From Fimbriosthenelais zetlandica (taxonomy: Eukaryota): a DNA stretch of 64,000 nt. The translations under genes were made by a program, and so were the position numbers. The notes beneath the pieces were generated by a model. It saw nothing but the letters and a program-made list of their open reading frames with translations, had not been told where the DNA came from and made no database searches. Positions 23,126 to 37,300 of this stretch are shown here, in pieces; positions within the stretch are counted from its first letter, which is position 1; every line of letters begins with the position of its first letter. The stretch is from NCBI GenBank assembly GCA_977030845.1, contig OZ365111.1:6882001-6946000 (forward strand). The letters are read 5' to 3'.

Positions 23126-25180
23126 ACATGCATGGCTTGTAGCCCACTGATCTATGGTGGATGAGAAGTAAGTCAGGGTGGTTTGGGCTCAAGATTTCAA
23201 TTCCATATGGTTCCACTGGTTTTCCTACCCCCATTAACATGACCACAAGTGAAATGAAATATCTGTAATTGCAGCAATTACATGATGACTAGTTGTCCTT
23301 AATGCCACATAAATATCTTCAGATCAAGAACTTCCATTGAAGAGAATTAGCCGTTTCATGGCCATGTATCAACGGTTCATGTATTATGTGTATATGAACT
23401 CCAACTTCGGGATACACAGGATTATTTGATAATTGACTAAAGTTCATTAATTTATCAATATTAATATGAAATAGTTATGAAATGTAAAGTATACGAGATA
23501 GTATCATGAAATATCATACAACAGTTGAAAAAATATGATACAAAATGACAATGAATTTGATTCATAAAGACAGGCATGCCAGTCGACCAAGGCAAAAAAA
23601 ACTGAAAATATTTGGAGGAACCAAACCAGCATACCATAAGAAAATAAAACTATTTCTGGGCCTTTCAGGATGTAAAAGGTAAATTTTTCCCAGATGATGA
23701 AAAAACATGACTGTCATCCCTGAAAGAACAATTTTAAAGGCCCTTTCCCATTAAGAATCTGATTTGAGTGCATAGCTTGTATTTCTACGCGTTATCATGA
23801 GAGACCCAGATCTCTTAACCTCACCTCATGCTATCACTGATAAGAAGCGAGTGAAGACAATACTTTGAGCAGTGAAAAACAAGCAATGACTGCCCAGAAT
23901 GCTGATCCTTCTTATCACCCCCCACTCCTTATCAGATAAGATCCTGTCTCAAGTAGGGGAGAGGAAGACATGGACTGTCTTCTCAGTGACAGGGTTTTGT
24001 GTAAAGTATGTGTTGATTGGATATGAGCTCATATATTATAAGTCAAGGTTGGGACCTTGTCAGTGCTAATCAGTGCTAATCAGGGCGCCTTCTTCTCATG
24101 TGCGGAGATGGCTTATCTCCTATAATTGTTCTGTTGTTAGCAGCAGTACTATACATGCACCTGTCCACCAAGGATCTTATCTTAATAACTTCTTGTTTTT
24201 CTTTAAACAGCTTTTCCTCCAGGTCAAGGAGGCGTCCCTGCACACCACTTTATACTCGAGGAAATCTCAGTAATTTAAAAATGTTTTGCCCCCAACTGGG
24301 AGCGAATTAGATAGTAACTACATGGCAACAAAGATATTCCACCAGATATGGACTTTTCTTTGTATGAGTTGGCTAGAATTCTTTTGCATGATCATTGATG
24401 GTAATTGGCAATACAGTGGTTAAGTATGATATGATGGGATATAGAGAAAAATCTCAGGATCTAATTAGAAAAAAATAAATTTTTTTGGAGGGGGGGGGGG
24501 GGGGGGGGGAGTATGGAGGGGGAATAAATCAACCTTTTTTGGTCTACAGATATCTTGGTATTCAAATATGCAATGTCATAAATCCTAGTGAAAAACATAC
24601 TTTTCCTAGATATGGATATGGCCCCCCACAATCAACTTATCTAGCATTCGGATGGACCTTACGACCTCTCACACAATGAGCTACAGACTAAATACCTGCG
24701 CAATAATCTAAGCACACAAATATTTGCCGGGTTACAGACATATTAGCCTGCCATATTACATGATAAAAGATTCCGATTAAAATTTTTATCAATCACGGGG
24801 GGTCGATATCTGATCAGTCACCGAATATCAATGAGTCTAATATTTTTAAGGGGAGTTTGGAGGCTTGCCTTTAAACGAACTTTAAAACAGAAACGATCGC
24901 AGCGCCACCGCCGCCACTGAGCTGCTCTCTCTCTCTGACCCGGCACGGGTGGTCAGTTGACCTCATTAACTCCATGCAACAACAGCAGTGACTAATTATC
25001 TCTTGCCTCCACCGTCCCCATCCACCTCCTAACAATACAGGTGGTTATTTTTTGTGGAAGCGGCATTTCAGAGCTATTAATTTTAAACGTGTTAAGTTAA
25101 GTTTAAACTTGCAGTATAATACATCGAACATTCATTGACACTACCTTATATGCATTATTGATAAAACCTGATTCATTTAC

Positions 25181-25306
25181 TCATGTATTGATATTTGTAA
25201 CCATTAGTGGTGTATTATTGGTTTATGCATAATTTCTTCATTTCTCATGTTTTGATATTTGTAACCATTAGTGGTGTATTATTTTTATGCATAATTTCTT
25301 CATTTC
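25181..25306. repeat. ~63-bp direct tandem duplication (2 copies)
   Basis: TCATGT(A/T)TTGATATTTGTAACCATTAGTGGTGTATTA...TATGCATAATTTCTTCATTTC occurs twice in tandem. Confidence 0.85.
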
Positions 25307-28300
25307 AATTTCAAACCAACTTGCCAGTTGGAGTCTTCGTTGTTTTAGGTAGTCTGAGTTGTAATAAACTCCTCTTCACCCAAATCGTTTTCATGTTTTA
25401 AAGAAATCAATCTCAATGTGTCTCAGCCGATTATAAATTGATCTAAACTTTCAATATCATTTTAAAATCATATTCTCAGTAGGTTTGGGATTCATTATGA
25501 TTTAATGCATCAAAATATGATAAGGATTGATATTCCTACTGAGCAATAAAACTGAAGGGAAGAAATGTTACTTTAAGAACTATAATTCATATTGTTGGCA
25601 TATATATAGAACAAGACTCATATGGAAGGTATAAAGGACAACTTGCGGAGTGTCGACTACCCTTGACATTAGCATGAAGGACCTGGCAAGGGCCACTACA
25701 ATAGAGAAGGACATACAGGGAGCACAAAGGCTACAAATGCTTGTGTAACCAGTCTTTGCCATCTGCCATGGATATTTGGCACGAGTCGGTAACTTGCCTT
25801 CAATCTAGAGCAAGGTAAAGCCATCGACCAATGGTGGTGGTGTGTAAATAAGAAATAAATAAATAAACTTATATCAAAGGAGAGGCCTCTATAGGTGTAC
25901 TTGTATCATTCTCTGCAAAAATGAAGTCTCTTGACACCTTATCATGAGAGCTATGCACTGGCTCTTCATTCAGAATTAGTCTGGGGCAATTTTTACTTTG
26001 ATGTTTTTTTGCCAGTTGTATGTTTACTGGTATGAAAATCTGGTGCAATGATTTCCGTTTCACATAATTCCAATTTATAACAAAAAGAGTCCAAATTAAT
26101 ATTATATTTTCTATTGTGTAATATCTCATTTTTCATTCGAACTTTAACAAAGGTTCAAATAAATAATTTTGAGCTGTCAAAAAAACCCCAGGATATTCAT
26201 CACTTGAATTGACAAGTGAACAATAATATATTCTGACACCCGATCATATATGTACATAGAATGGGTGCATTTGGAGAAGCCCATATATATCAGGGCCAAG
26301 CCATGAATCTAACCTTTTGTTTTCCACTCGGAAACCTCCCCTAGTCAGCCACGAGACAGTTGGTCACTTTGTACACAGCAAACTATCAACTTCCACCCCA
26401 GGACCAGCCTGTATATGTGTGGATTAGGCAAAACCTGTGAGTGCCGGACATGATAAGATAGCCACAAAGTGACCGCTGGTCAACCAGAGTCAAGCTCTGT
26501 GTTAACAAAGTGACCACAATAAAGAAGCTTCTCAGATTGTGCCGAGTGGCGGCAGTTGGCTACTGTTCCAATACTGTTAACACTTCATATACTTGAAAAA
26601 TTCTGGAAAAAAATTGCAATTCATGGGCATTTTTCAGGGTGTTATACCAAGTATTCATGTCAACTTCCAGAGGAGAGAAAATCATTAAATTTCATAATTC
26701 AACTGGGAATTTTGAGTTTATAAGCTAGATGTTTTATTCAAGAGATATAAGAGTTAAGGGAAAGAGATTAAGGAGCTTTTCTGGTGATAATTTAGACAAA
26801 CTTGGATCATCTTCTTAACCAAAGTTGAGCCCGGCAGCGGCGGTATACATCAAGGGGTGGGATACCTGAGCCACACTCAGGACACACCTGCCCAGTGTAC
26901 TTACAGTCCAGAGGGGAGCAAAGGGCTTGAGGCCAGTACTGGTAAACCATAGAGGGACTATATGAGCATATGAACCAGCAAACCCTATAGAGGTTTCGAC
27001 CATATGTGATCTATCAAGTTATTGCCCAAACATTTTTTATTTTTTCCCAAAAAGAATTATAATACCATGGAATATATTCCATGAAGAATTAAGATGGCCG
27101 CTCGGCTGTGCTTGGCAATTGTACTTCCAAACCAATCAGACTTTGCTCTTTACTAATACTAACTTTAGGCCCACCTGTTATTTAGAAATTAATTTGTCTC
27201 TTTATATCAAGGAAAGTTTGACAAATGACCGATATGAAGCCTGACATTGGATACAGTAAAGTAAGAGAGTAAAGGACGAGCCTACACAATGATAATATAG
27301 TCCATCTGATAGCACACATATGTCTCCACGGTTCAAAGAGCTTCTGGCGGATTCCACCAACTCTTTGGCACTCTCGTCGTCACATAATGGCGGCTGAGAG
27401 TGCTCCACGATGGTTCCTCACCACCACTTGATCAGCCCTCAGAAGAGTTCAACTGTTTGATTTGAACCATCGAGAGGAATTAGAAGCTATATAGGATTGA
27501 GGTAGCGAGCCTCAGAGCATGGTTTGGAGTGTGAGTTTTCTAGAGGAGATAAACCTGGGAGATTAACCACTCGTTGTGTTATTGTAATAATGATGAGGAT
27601 GCTTGAACACATCAATGTGAATTTTAATCGATTGAGGTCAAGATTGTTCCGTTAAATTCTTGGCACTGATTTATGATAGAGCTGTCCGTCTGGCAGCACG
27701 TTCCTATACCATTCAATTGTATAAGGTGATTTAGAAGAAAAGCCAAGGCTGAGATGAAAAGGTTATTAGAAAGAAATATGATATGACTGCCTTCAAACTT
27801 CTACCACACAACTCCCCTGGATTTGAATAATTATTGTACATTCAAAAGAGAACGAGTATTTGGTGTAGAAGACAGGAACAAATATTACGAGTTGAGATTG
27901 TCAATTTCTAAATTAAAATAAATTGATAAACCATGATAAGATAACTAAGTGATAAGAGAAGGTAGGGAAGATATAATATGGATGTATAGATCATTTGTAA
28001 TAAATCATTAATCGTGTGGCAGTACCAGTTACTGATATAGGTCTAATATCGAAAATCATAGTTGTATACATGTGACTTTCCACCAATGATAATATTGTAA
28101 ACGTTTTATTTCCGTTATTATAGTATCTCATATCTCCAAGATCAATGCTTCCATCAAAAATTATTTTGTTATATACGTTTATTGATTTGGTTAATCAGAA
28201 AAATCGCAATCATGTATTGGTTATAGTAAATCTTCTCGTGAACATAGATAAAATCCGAGACTCCTGTTCTACAACTTTTCAGCTACGGAGGGTGCAGAAG

Positions 28301-31300
28301 AGCCACCAACCTAATGGGCAACAGGAGTTTTACCTGAATAACAGGATCCTTGAATCAAAAGGAAAATACCTGTAATTTTTTTTACTGTTATCAAGCAATT
28401 GAGAGATCGCATGCTATTTCAATTCTGTAATTATCTATTGCATAATCTTTTTTACAAACGAAACATTACTTAATCACAGGATGTTAATGTATGCCTGCAC
28501 TTTTCTCAAGCTCCCACAGACGCTGACATCAAAATAGAAATTAGCAACACAGGAATTCCATTGCATTTATCCGTCTTGGGAGGCTTGTACATTAAGACAG
28601 TACTATAGTAATTGTTCATGATCGAATTGTGCAGTTATAAATGAATGTCAAGACCGTGCCAGGATACAAGATAAAGAGTTATCTGTTATATTATCATGTA
28701 TTCTTATCTGACCCACGCTAAGTTTTTATCTCTCGATTTCCTGTGTGTAATAGCAGGCATTGATAGGCCACCTGAAACTTCACGATCATCTTGATCGATC
28801 TCAAGGCGCGTGACTTTCAACAAGGGAAAACCATGAGATTTCTTTTAAAAGTTTTTTTTTAACAGAAGGTAAATTGAAATATATAATTTCAAGTTCCCTC
28901 TATTTCGAGACTAAATTGCAGCCAAGAAGTCTACATGAACGGGATACAATCTGTTCATCAATATAAAAATTATGCAGCATTACTTGGAAGACAAAATACC
29001 AAATAACAGCAACATTTCCTAACGAAAATGGATGACATTAAGCAAATATGTTAGCGATAATCCTATTCATGAAATAGTACAAAAACCAAATACACTGACT
29101 AATGATCATAAAAGAGACACCCCTCCCCATACGTCTTCTTATAAATGTACTAAAGCTAATGATTGTCCGAGTGAAAGCTAATCTCATTGGTAAAGGGAAT
29201 AGAAGAATGGACATGTGTTCAGTGATTTTTCATTAGACTTGAGGTCAATATCTTTATCCTGCTTTGTCAAGTTTCATAGGAGTGGACATGCTTAGCAAAC
29301 ACGATTAGAGACTGGTGAGTGAAGCCCCAATTTAGTCCAAAGATGACTAAAAAGAACCTATTCAAAAATTGGGATGGACGATTATGTAACCAATCGCATT
29401 AGTTAACTACAAGAATTAGAACACCTGCGAGAAGACAGTAGGGGGGGGGGGGGGGTGGATAAACTCAGAACATATTGTCAGGACATGGCTTATTCCGGTT
29501 TGAAAATTAAGACCTAATTAGATAGATGATAAGATACAGAAATACTGAATTAAATGATAACCGATATCAATCAAGGTAATGTGTATACTACAACCTACTA
29601 TCCTATTTGTACAACAACATTCAACTTTCAATTCAGTCTTAGTATTCACTTAGGATTAGTTCAAGGCTCCATCAAAATCAAATCAGGCTTTGTATTAAAG
29701 AGGGATATAAGTTATGATATTTTACACTAAATCATGACTGAAAGTACATAGATAATGTTAGGTTCGTATAAAAGGTAAATTATTCAGTAAAAATTAGATC
29801 AATGTTAAAATGTTAGACAGAATTTTCCGAGAGCACCCCATTGTAAGAAGGAAATGCATCACAACCTTGATTTTTGCCCATTATGAATGGAACAGACTAC
29901 AAACGCCTCTGGTTGCTTGCGTTTTTCTTGTCGTGAGACTTCAGAAAAAGTTAGTAGTTGAGCATGCTGATTTTGGAATTGAATCACAGAGGCTATGGGA
30001 CCGCTTGATTTAGGTGCTCGGCTGGCAGTGCACAAAGAGTGACCAAGGCGGGTGCATCTATAAAAGTTCGCCTGTGCCAAGAACGCGATCGAAAAAACGC
30101 TCCAGTCTGTTCAAGGCATTATAATGACAGTTGACACTGAGAGAGTGGGGAGTGGGGGAATAGGAGCAAATAATGGCATGATTAGGAATGGCTGTGGTGC
30201 TGGTAGTGAGGGTTTGTAGTATCAACATACTGGTAGTTTAGACTGGCCGGGATTTAGAGATAAGCTGGTATAGGGAGTGAGATAACACCTGGAGTCGGTC
30301 TTTTGATCTCCACGCCACACCTGCAGACGTCCAGACGGTCAAAACTCAACACATTTATTGAGACTAACAAACAGGTGGCAAGGGTGGATCCAGGGGAGGT
30401 CCAGGGGTTCAGTGACCCCTTTTTTCAAAGATTAATTTTCTGAGTGACAAGCGTGAACCTTCCTTTTAGGGGGCTGACTAATTGATTTTGAATTCACAAA
30501 ATTTTGTATGTATGGCAGTGGTGGCCGTAGCATTTTTGACTATTGGGTCCTTTATAATTGTGTGTCCTGTAGTGGTCTAAAATTAAAAACATGCAATAGA
30601 TTCACCATTTCTCTTGGTGTGTATAATATATGCAGGCCATATAAAATAATCAATTTTTGATACAACTGACTGTGGGAGAAATTGGCGGGAAAATAACAGT
30701 ATATATGATGGCTGGTGCCCTATAGTATGTGAGTGTTTAATGTGTCCTAGCTAGATAAACCATTTATCTAAATCCACACTTGGCTTATCACTTGATCCCC
30801 TCACCTCTCACCTGCTCTCCCTGACCACAACCCACATAATTTAAAAATATTTTACATATTTGTTCATTTAACATCGATTGCTCTATTTCCTTCCCAATTC
30901 ACACAAAAAAATTACGAGTCTCTCCTATGACAATGGATCATCGAATTTCAGAACTACAATTCTTTAAAATGTTAAAAATTGAAAGGTTGTCTCCGAAACA
31001 TATTATGTAAATTATTTTCCTTTGAGTTCAGTTTCAAACGACCTCACCAGATTAATATACGGTAGTAATCTCAAATATCAAAATATTCCTTTTATGGGAC
31101 CATCAAGAGTTAAATCAACATGGAGTATTAGCTTTTCTATGCAAATTTGAAAAGTATTCCCCATGGAAGGTTCTCGAACAAAACCAGAGAGAGGATCTGA
31201 GCACTCAAGTTCTCAACGACCAAGTGACAACCCACTATAGGAGCACTTGAGAGTGACAATGGAGGGTCATCATATACCTTATTATTAGTGCTCCATGAGG

Positions 31301-34300
31301 GCGACAAGGGCCGATCATCCCATAGAATAATAGCCAATAATAACTTCTGATAGAAGATAGAGGGGTAAACTTGCTGCTATTTGCAACTGAACGAGCACAC
31401 ACAATTTTTGAGACTATTATGAATCATGCCTCAATTATCAAGAAATAACCGAATTGATATTATTTCGGATTAAGTCTTTGATGTTATGGATACTCAATGT
31501 TGGAGATATAATTCTAAACTTGAAATATGCATCTAAAAATATGTAATCTTTCCACTAAAGTTTCATGGTCGCAGTAAATCATTTGATCCAATTCATTGAA
31601 TAAAAATATCATTGAATAAATGTTGGATCGGATTTGATCATGCACTTGCGGAATTAATCTCGGTGAATTACCAATAATGGAAATGTAACTAAAATCAATA
31701 AAATGTCATCACTGTGGTTGAATTAGTGAAGGATAATCTACTTCACCATAGCTACACACTCTGATGCAACGAACTCAATGAAACAGAAGGAGAAGGCTTA
31801 TAGCATAGTGGAAGCCTGAGGCTGGGGTGGTGGTACAAGGATGGCTGGATGGCTGGATGGATGGATGGCGGGAGATGGTGGTTGGTTGAGTTCACACTTC
31901 TCGCCCGAGTTGAGAACTCTTGTGGAGGGTCATCAATGACCTAGCAGTGGCCTTGGATGGGCCAGACTTATGGGGGCTGGAGAGGTACCTAGAGCCCGCC
32001 TCGATGGGTCCTGGAAAGCTACCTGTAAGGGGACTTATACTTACTTTGGGCCTAATACTAAGCACGCCCTCCAACCGTCCCAAGAGTTCTCAAAGATCGG
32101 CAGCTCATTTTTGCACCCATTTTAATTTTGTCCCTTAAATAAAAGTCTATGCCAAAACCTAGAAGGATTTAATTCAACAGTTCAACTAGATTAATTCATC
32201 TTCCTGTTTTCTTGATTAGTTACTGAATTGGTCCATTTTAGAACACAGAGTATATTTGGTGTTTAATCAGTTAATATTTCTTATAGTGAAAATATCGAGG
32301 TTTTCTACTGGGAGTATCATGGCCTGGAGGGGTGGGGAGGACCGTGGAGCATTCTCACCTGTCCTCCAGATTGCAGGTAAGTTCACTCTCAGACCAAGTC
32401 TCCAGAGGCGAGTTAAATACACTATTTATAGACATGCGAGCACTCTGGCAGGGACTCAAAGGTGCTTCTCCCCCTGTAAGAGTGAGCTAAGATCAGTTTA
32501 GAAGCTCTCCATTGAAGAAGTTGAAGGGGGCAAGAGTTGACTTGAATTGAGCATTGTGAATGACTCTCGATCGACAATGATTTAAGCTGATAAAGCAACA
32601 AGTGAGCAGTATAAGAATTATTGATCACTTTATCAATGACTGTTCTGGCTCAAAAACTAAACAATACTTCTTGACTCCACCATTTGATATCCAAGTCCCT
32701 TCATCCACCATAAGTATCAATTAATGCATACTGAACCACGCTGTGAACAGCATCTTGATCTAGATCAGTTATGGCAATGGAGCCCCATAGACATCACTCT
32801 CACCACACGCCAATCACTCGTTTGCGAATTCTCATGGTACTTTATTCCCACTTAAGCAGGCTATTAAACATATACATGTATATATATTTGAATTCCACTT
32901 AATTTCTCCAACACTCGGTATCTCCATGCGCGGAGTATTGCACTTTAAGGCGGCTTCACATCAACTTGGCAGGTGGAGGGGGACCGGCTTGAGCACATGC
33001 TACTGACTGTTTAGATGGGTGTGAACGAGGGCTCTCAATCGTCGGGAGAACAAGCGCCAACTCCAGCTCGAATTAAGCACTAAATCTGATCATATAACAC
33101 TCTGCCAAGCGCTTTATGATTCCAAACGAATCATTACACTCACAGCAAATTATATCTGCGGAAACAATAACTAAAATATTGCCCCCAGAACTGTTTTCAG
33201 AGCTTTTCCAATGTTTTATAGTCCCAGATCAAATTAGGTCTTAATTGTTTTTGATCATTTTTTAGTGATTTCAGCATGGACATTGAGGCATTGATATCTA
33301 TTTCGCAATTAATCAAATAATGTTAATGGACCCTGGAGTTTCACGCTTATTAATCAGCGTTTATATAGATTTATTTGAGAGGGAGCCAGGTGGGCTTGCA
33401 GGCTTTAGATCACATTAATATGATGGTATTATTAGAGCACGCTCAATTACAGGTATTGTGGGCTAGGTGTGGTTAATACAGGCTTACTCCGCCCCAAAAT
33501 CATAAACCTGTCTATATACTCAGATTTATCACAGTACCATGCCTCACAATGCCAATATCCCACCACTAAATCACGCTAATATTATAACCAAGCGTGAAGA
33601 ATTATAGATTTTAAGATTAGCTCTGGGCAAGGCGTCACTATTTGGGGATAATGACACCTTGAATAATTCCATAACCGCGAGGGGTCCGCAATTAAATAAT
33701 ACACAGAATAATCAAATCGTAGTTACAAAATGAGAAAAAAAAATGGGGAAAAACACGAAAAAAATGTACAAGAAAATCATGTACAATTTGAATAATGACC
33801 TTTTTTTTTAGCAAAGGAAGTAGCCCCATGAATTTTCCTTAAGCCTGATAATAGTTTTTATCGGGAATATAGATCACTTTGTGACATTTCCGGACGTAAA
33901 ATAAACAAAATCACCTAGACGGCAAACAATGTTCACCTCCCGAATCAATCTCAAGTCCCCAGAAGACATATAGCTTAAGGAAAGGTTGAAAGAAAAGAGC
34001 GCTATCTCTGGTGATAAGAAGGGAGCGATGGATTTTCGTTCTTTATCGTGATAATAAAGTCACATTCAGCTTCCTGTTTTGTGCATCACCTGCTTGTATG
34101 AAGTCACTAGTCGTGAAGGTCAAGAGAGATATATTTATCATGTGTAAACATGAGGTAAAATGAAATCTGACCTTTCTCAACGTGTTCATCAAGGGAAAAC
34201 AGTTTCTTGTTTCTTTTTCCTATATGACATTCCCAGATTTTTTGTTTAAAAAAACGCCTAAAAAATTCTAGTTGTGAGTCATCCTCGGAATGACAATTGT

Positions 34301-37300
34301 CAAAGTTATAATCAAAGGCCAAAGATGTAAAGACAATTTAAAGTCAACAATAGAAAATCACACTTGAAAATATCATACGTTCCTCACTTTAAATTCAAAA
34401 ATATTTTGTTAATGTCCCCACTATCTAATATAGTGATTTGAATGAATAATTTAAAAATTTATTTTGCGAGTTTGGGAAAATGATTGATAAAATAAACAGA
34501 ATTAAGCCTGGGAATGGGAGGGCACAATTAAAATGCACAAGGTGGATGGTGAGACCATTAACTTGGTCCATAATGTTGTTGGTTAAAACCTAAACAAACA
34601 GTGCTCTATCCGCAGGCATACAGTGGACGGTGGTCAATGGGCAGGTCTCCATACAATAGCTTAGTGAAGTCACCGTGCAAAGTTACATTTGGGTTTTCTC
34701 ACCAGCCCCGCCCCCAATCTTTAATCCCTATTATAGACAATCCCATTAGTTACCCGCCAAAAATGTCTACCCTTTTAATCGGTGTTGTATCAGGCCTGCA
34801 AAATCCTTTCTAATACAAATAAAGTGTAATTTGGCATATAAAAGATTATGATGGTTTTATCCCTCCGGTTTGATAATGATTTGAAAATATAAAGGTTAGG
34901 GTTAAAACGTTCATATTCCGATGGAATTAAATTAAAATAATCTGCAAGTGTAGGGGATGGGAGTGGGGGGTTTGGAAGTGGGTTCAGGGGGAGGGGTGGG
35001 GAGTAGCAGAAGAATTGTGCTGTATGCACAGGTGCAGCAGGGGAGGAAAGGTGGACAATATTGACTCAGCAAAACACATGATGGTCAGTTAAAAACGGTC
35101 AATGGACTCCCGAGGTAAAGGAACTAAACTATAGCATGACCAACTGGTTCTGTTTGAGAAAGGTCAACTATATTTAAACTGAAGTACTCGACCTTAAAAA
35201 TTAAATTTATAAATGGGAAGTGTATTCATAATAATAAAAAAAGTTATCAACACGTTGGAAAGAAGATATAGCAAGATATCCCCCATCTGGATATTTTTAT
35301 ATGAAGTATGGCAAAATTCCAAAGAAATTCCCATAGATTCAAGGCACATTTAATAATGGATAATATAATACTGCTGTATGAAATGTATGAAATATACTTA
35401 GAACACAGTATCTCGTGAAAGGAAATGGAACATAGGGGTGTAGGAAATACAAAACCTAACTTAAGTCAGTCCATTCAGGGAAGGGTTAAATGGTGGCACT
35501 GTGTAAAGTTAGGATATAACCTGATCTGTCAATGTTAATACTGACCCCATGTCTGGACATCTTTGTATGTTTGTGTGTATGTATGGGTCTGTGTTAATTC
35601 AAGCTAAGCTATGATGCAACAAAAACTAACGACAAACTAACAAACGCACTCTGCAACTGCCTGTAAATTCTCAGTCCCGATTAATGTTAATTGGTGCACT
35701 GAAAGTTAACTAGTTGTGACATAAAAATGTCTGGTAAATCCTTGCATCATGCTTGGGATTCCTTTACCAACTTGGTAAATTTGATATCTTTATAATAGGC
35801 CAAACAAAAATTTGGCAACTGGAACAGCTTAAATAACACCGTTATGAAGATCATCTCCACTAAAGGCTGAAGCCAAAAAGTCTCAGGAAGAGGAAGACCG
35901 AAAACCTTGGAAAAAGACTGAAGAAGTAATTTCTACCAGTACTTCTGGTCAAACCCTAGGCACTACCTGAGTCAGTGGTTCCACCTCTCGGAGGTTCCAC
36001 GAACCAAAACCAACAGTGGACCAACAACAGGACTTCATATCCCAAAGACTATTTCATTTCCCTTCCTATACTTTCAAATAAAATCTCATTATATTTTTAC
36101 CCCAATGCTAATAACCAAGGGAAAATATGATTTTTTCACACAGTCCATGGGGGGAGTACAATCTCATCAAAATATAATACATTTTGAGAGATAATAAAAG
36201 GATGGATAGGTTTAACCATGTGGGATGGAGGAGCCAATACATCCTGACCAATTCCACCATCTCCCTCCTCGCCTCGTCCCACCAGCTCATCCCCACCCCC
36301 ACCCAACATGTAATAAGTAAGCTGGACAAGGTACTTGTGTGTCGTAATTAAGCTAGAGCTTTCCTGCCACAGCCGCCTCCTACCCTAGCCCACACAAAAC
36401 CCCGCGCCACTCCCAATGCAATTAAACCTCCCAAACTCCCAGTGACTGACACTTTCAAGCAGCGCCGAAATTTGGACAAATTTGATTGGCGAGGCCGGTG
36501 GGCTTAATTTGTTGGATTTGGAGCGATGGCAAAGCCAGGCTTACACAATGATCAATGTGGGTGGTAGAGATGATTGACGTGACTAATCAATATGCCCAGT
36601 CAGTGCAGCACATCTCACAAGTGTCGCCGCTTGCCTGCAATGCTGCAGCAATAACCGCCGGAATCTGCACAGATCCATTACAACTGGCCCCCCATCTTCA
36701 ATGTGCCTGTGACTTTGGTTGTGGGAACAATACTCGCTAATACCACCGTCGCCGCCTCGTGGATCCTCCCTCTCTCTTGTTCGTTCCGGCACAAAATGAC
36801 TAGTCGCGTTAACATGGCTATTGTCACTGGCTGAGGGAAGTCCGTAATGCCGTTAATCGCAAGAAATGTGACTGGATTTTAAATGTGTGGTGCTGATGGG
36901 AAGTACTCCGAGCATGAGCCCAAGAAAGATGGCCTTCTCACTAGTTATGGTTTTCAGTTTTGCCTGGCTCCATTTACTTTCCTTAATGCCATACAAGTTC
37001 CATAGTCATACAATTTTTGTTTGTTATCAACAAAGGCTGCTTATATTGGGTTGGTTAGTTTGTTCTTCCATTATTCCCTCCCGAGTCAAGAATCAGTTTG
37101 GATGGAGAAAAAAGTCATGAAAATTTGATCACTGCAGCAAGATGTAAAACCATAGCACTGCACTGAAATCTGGGGAATCTTCACTCCAATTTTCTTGGAT
37201 GAAAATGCATTTCAGAATTATGGATTAATGATCCTTTCATGATATTAAAACATTGGTGAAACCAATGAATTGCTGGACTATAAAATCCAACTGATAATGA

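Larger units (their letters stand above)
16741..23294 (+). mobile_element. Head-to-tail array (2 copies, ~16741-19078 and 19079-23294) of a non-autonomous Helentron-associated (HINE/DINE-1-like) element carrying tRNA-derived cargo
   Basis: 5' subTIR ATTTCATTTCTCC with an adjacent inverted copy forming a 13-bp hairpin (16743-16772, duplicated at 16825-16854); (ATT)n microsatellite ~16883-16918; internal tandem modules; 3' subTIR GTGAAATGAAAT (23249-23260; also 19033-19044); 3' stem-loop TGTAATTGC-A-GCAATTACA (23264-23282); CTAGTT end. No transposase ORF and no TSD. Confidence 0.75.

Noticed and set aside
16741-23294. CRISPR-like array, or short repeated ORFs (MVVASVGSNPAVGL...)
   Set aside because: Eukaryotic context, no unique spacers and no cas genes; the ORFs are just translations of the tRNA-like module and AT-rich repeat.
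27202-27408. Protein-looking stretch SAKELVESARSSLNRGD on the minus strand
   Set aside because: An in-frame stop lies just upstream, splice signals are weak and there are no partner exons.
30383-30394. GGTGGATCCAGG, resembling a Harbinger MITE terminus
   Set aside because: No matching inverted end or TSD found nearby.
32936-32957. TATTGCACTT, matching the miR-92 5' end
   Set aside because: The 3' part does not match miR-92 and there is no complementary arm to form a pre-miRNA.
36777-36812. TTGTTCGTTC, similar to miR-375
   Set aside because: Only a seed-region match; no hairpin.
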